DNA from: Chloroflexota bacterium
GTDB taxonomy: Bacteria > Chloroflexota > Anaerolineae > Anaerolineales > DRMV01
Reading direction: 5' to 3'
Length of the DNA stretch: 26,100 bases
Assembly: GCA_013153375.1 (NCBI GenBank)
Contig: JAADEN010000198.1
Location: 1 to 26,100 of the forward strand
Shown here: piece by piece, positions 24,030-26,100 of the stretch
Numbering within the stretch: the stretch's first letter is position 1
How the letters are laid out: each line of letters starts with the position of its first letter
Translations under genes and position numbers: made by a program
Notes under the pieces: generated by a model
What the model was told of the DNA's origin: nothing
Seen by the model: the letters and a program-made list of their open reading frames with translations, nothing else
The model's database searches: none

Positions 24030-25370
24030 TCACTTGACCTCGGTGAACTCGCCGTTGAAGTACACATACTTGGGCACGAAGTCCAACTTGCCGTCCACCT
24101 TTTCGGCCTGATAGATGACGATCTTGGTGGTCTCGGGGCTGGTGAAGTCGCCGTATTCGTTGGCGCTCAGGGTGCCCGTCAGGCCCTGGTAGTCCTTGGT
24201 GGCGTACAGGGCGTCCAGCAGGGCCTTGCGCGGGATCAACAGCCCGCCGTCGGCCTTCTTGATGGCGACCTTCTCGATGGCGTCCAGGATGATGTTGTAC
24301 GCGTCATAGGCCTGCTCGCCGAAGGGCGCGGGCGGCTCCGAGCCGTTGACTTCCACATACTTCTTGGCGTACTCTTCGTTCTGCGGCACTTCGGGGCCCG
24401 TGAACCACATGCCGATCGCGGCATCGCCCGCGGCCTCGAGGAACTTCTCCACCTTCAGGCCGTCGGCGCCCACCAGCACCACATTCTCGAAGCCCTCGAC
24501 CTCCTTGGCCTGGCGGGCCACATGGCCACCGGCCTCAGGATACAGCGGGAAGAACAGCACCTCGGGCTGCTTCTCCGCGATGCGGGTCAGCACCGGGCGC
24601 ATGTCGGTGTCGTCGGGGTTGATGGCTTCTTGGGCCACGCACTCGCCACCCAGTTCGGTGAAGCGCTGGCAGGCCACCTCTTGCAACTGCTGCGGGTAGG
24701 GCGTGCCGTCGTGGATGGTGGCCATCTTCTTCAGGCCCAGGATGTTGTACACGAACTCGGCCACCACCGCACCCTGATACGCGTCGTTGTACACGGTGCG
24801 CAGGAAGCCCAACTTGTGGGTGTCGGGCGCGGTCAGCGCGGGCGCGGTGCACGAGTTGGAGATCATGAACATGTTGGCGTCGGTCACGATCTGCGCCGCA
24901 GGGGTGCAGGCGCTGGAGCAGTTCGCGCCGATGATGCCCACGATCTTGTCGTTGGAGGTCAGTTTCTGCGCGGCGATCTGACCACCCTCGGCGTTGCACT
25001 GGGAGTCTTCGACCACCAGGTCCACCTTGTGGCCCAGCACCTCGGGCCGCTCGGACTGCGCCACCTTGACGCCGCCCAAGCCGGCCTCACCGTAGTTGGC
25101 CGCGCCGCCGCTGAGCACCTGCATCACGCCGATCTGAATCGGCTCGTCCGGGGCGATCTCGATGCAGCCCCATTCGTCTTCGCAGGTGACCTCCGCGGCC
25201 GCCTCTTCCGTAGCCTCCTCGGTCGCCTCTTCCTTGGGCGCCTCGGTGGCCATCTCTTCTTTCGGCGCCTCTGTGGCAGGGGCCTCTTCGGCCTTGCCGC
25301 CACAGGCCGCCAGCGCCAGGGCCAGCATGGCCACCAACGCTAACACGATGAGCCAGTGTTTCTTGCTCAT
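24030..25370 (-). CDS. livK: Branched-chain amino acid-type ABC substrate-binding lipoprotein (LivJ/K family; ligand not determined)
   Basis: Signal peptide with lipobox LAAC, IQIGVMQVLSG, EDSQCN, IIGANCSS, RTVYND..QG, IHDGTPY, AYDAYNIILDAI. ATG 25370 follows GGAGGAG. Confidence 0.9.
   Translation of the reverse strand: MSKKHWLIVLALVAMLALALAACGGKAEEAPATEAPKEEMATEAPKEEATEEATEEAAAEVTCEDEWGCIEIAPDEPIQIGVMQVLSGGAANYGEAGLGGVKVAQSERPEVLGHKVDLVVEDSQCNAEGGQIAAQKLTSNDKIVGIIGANCSSACTPAAQIVTDANMFMISNSCTAPALTAPDTHKLGFLRTVYNDAYQGAVVAEFVYNILGLKKMATIHDGTPYPQQLQEVACQRFTELGGECVAQEAINPDDTDMRPVLTRIAEKQPEVLFFPLYPEAGGHVARQAKEVEGFENVVLVGADGLKVEKFLEAAGDAAIGMWFTGPEVPQNEEYAKKYVEVNGSEPPAPFGEQAYDAYNIILDAIEKVAIKKADGGLLIPRKALLDALYATKDYQGLTGTLSANEYGDFTSPETTKIVIYQAEKVDGKLDFVPKYVYFNGEFTEVK
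25192..25295 (-). repeat. Acidic low-complexity repeat linker after the lipid-anchored Cys of LivK
   Basis: Encodes AEEAPATEAPKEEMATEAPKEEATEEATEEAAAE: two ATEAPKEE units plus EEAT units. Confidence 0.7.
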
Positions 25371-25415
25371 CTCTTCTCCTCCGACTTGGAATTCCACCCA
25401 CTGGGTGGTGCCCCT

Positions 25416-25443
25416 ATTGTACGCAAAAACCTCAAGCCGTCAA
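25416..25443 (-). promoter_or_regulatory. Near-consensus sigma70 promoter of the liv operon
   Basis: Minus strand TTGACG-N16-TACAAT. The leader contains a hairpin CCACCC-N3-GGGTGG (about 25394-25408). Confidence 0.75.
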
Positions 25444-25873
25444 GTGTGCGCCGTTTTTCACAAATTTTGCTCCGCCAATTTTTACGGGCCGCGTTCCCCC
25501 GTCAAATAGTGTCGTCAAAACATGCTATTTTTGAGTCTGAAATCGCCGTTCTGACGCCCCTAAGAAGGACTACATTTGACGGCTCAGCCCGCGGCGCGGC
25601 GCCAGGGAAGGCTCCCGCTCCGGCCCAACGCCGCGCGCATACCGCAAAGGACGCCGCGCCCAACCCCCGCGGGTCCGCAAACGAGGAAGAGGCGCGGCAG
25701 GCGTGTTCCGCGCCCACCAGACCATGACCACACCGAAAGCCGTGGCCAGACCTCCAGGCCGCGCCGCGCCCCCTTCCCGCCCTTGGAAGGGGCGGGCCGC
25801 CGCGAGGGATGGGTGGGGGTTCCTCCCAGATGGGCCTTGCGACATCTCTGGCGTGCATCCTCGACTCGCGCCC

Positions 25874-25901
25874 TTGACAATTCCCAAGCCGCGTTTATAC
25901 T
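25874..25901 (+). promoter_or_regulatory. Near-consensus sigma70 promoter of the DtxR/MntR-family gene
   Basis: TTGACA (25874-25879), 16-nt spacer, TATACT (25896-25901). Confidence 0.8.
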
Positions 25902-25916
25902 TGCCCTACGCCGAAA

Positions 25917-25932
25917 TTTAGGCCACCCTAAA
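25917..25932. promoter_or_regulatory. DtxR/MntR(SirR)-type operator palindrome, probable autoregulatory site
   Basis: TTTAGG-CCAC-CCTAAA between the -10 element and the RBS. Resembles the staphylococcal Sir/MntR box core TTAGG-N4-CCTAA. Confidence 0.7.
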
Positions 25933-25943
25933 ACGAGGCCGAC

Positions 25944-26100
25944 ATGCCCACCCTCTCGATGGAAGACTACCTCAAGGCCCTGTACCACCTGCAGGCCCAG
26001 CAGCCGCGTGTGCACACCACCGCGCTGGCCCGCTGGCTGGGCGTCGCGCCCGCGTCGGCCACCGAGATGCTGCGCCGCCTGGCCGCGTGGCAGCCGCCTT
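25944..26100 (+). CDS. DtxR/MntR-family metal-dependent transcriptional regulator, partial (runs off right edge)
   Basis: Not in ORF track. ATG 25944 after GAGG. MPTLSMEDYLKALYHLQAQQPRVHTTALARWLGVAPASATEMLRRLA matches the family N-terminal EDYLK...HTH. Confidence 0.9.
   Translation, partial: MPTLSMEDYLKALYHLQAQQPRVHTTALARWLGVAPASATEMLRRLAAWQPP

Noticed and set aside
25453-25467. CodY box upstream of the liv operon (GTTTTTCACAAATTT)
   Set aside because: Four mismatches to AATTTTCWGAAAATT, and CodY is a Firmicutes regulator, which does not fit the inferred lineage.
25560-25870. Structured ncRNA (RNase P, SRP, tmRNA, yybP-ykoY or cobalamin riboswitch) or small ORFs in the livK-mntR spacer
   Set aside because: None of the conserved sequence hallmarks was found, the region lies outside both predicted transcripts, and the overlapping short ORFs are low-complexity with no RBS or family motif.

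Overview
High-GC bacterial chromosomal window. Gene content and the Thr/Pro-rich lipoprotein linkers suggest Chloroflexota (Anaerolineae-like); this is inference. No mobile element, CRISPR array, rRNA or tRNA was seen. Left to right: (1) a minus-strand signalling operon with two single-domain DivK-like response regulators (RR1, RR2) and three membrane-anchored multi-GAF proteins chained by ATGA overlaps. Sensors A and B have no recognisable output domain and end in the same truncated GAF-like stub. Sensor C runs off the left edge and is missing from the ORF track. (2) A divergent four-gene GldA/GldF/GldG/DUF4340-type ABC module behind a near-consensus promoter and a leader with a terminator-like element. 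(3) An RpoD/SigA-family sigma factor, maf, and a lipoprotein-anchored MecA_N-type class B PBP. (4) An orphan 4-TM protein convergent with rarA. (5) A minus-strand livKHMGF-type ABC operon. (6) The start of a DtxR/MntR-family regulator, also missing from the ORF track, with an operator-like palindrome in its leader. The best candidate for an undescribed system is the RR-RR-sensor-sensor-sensor operon. All calls come from manual motif reading; no database searches were run. Most other long ORFs in the track are GC-rich antisense or off-frame shadows.
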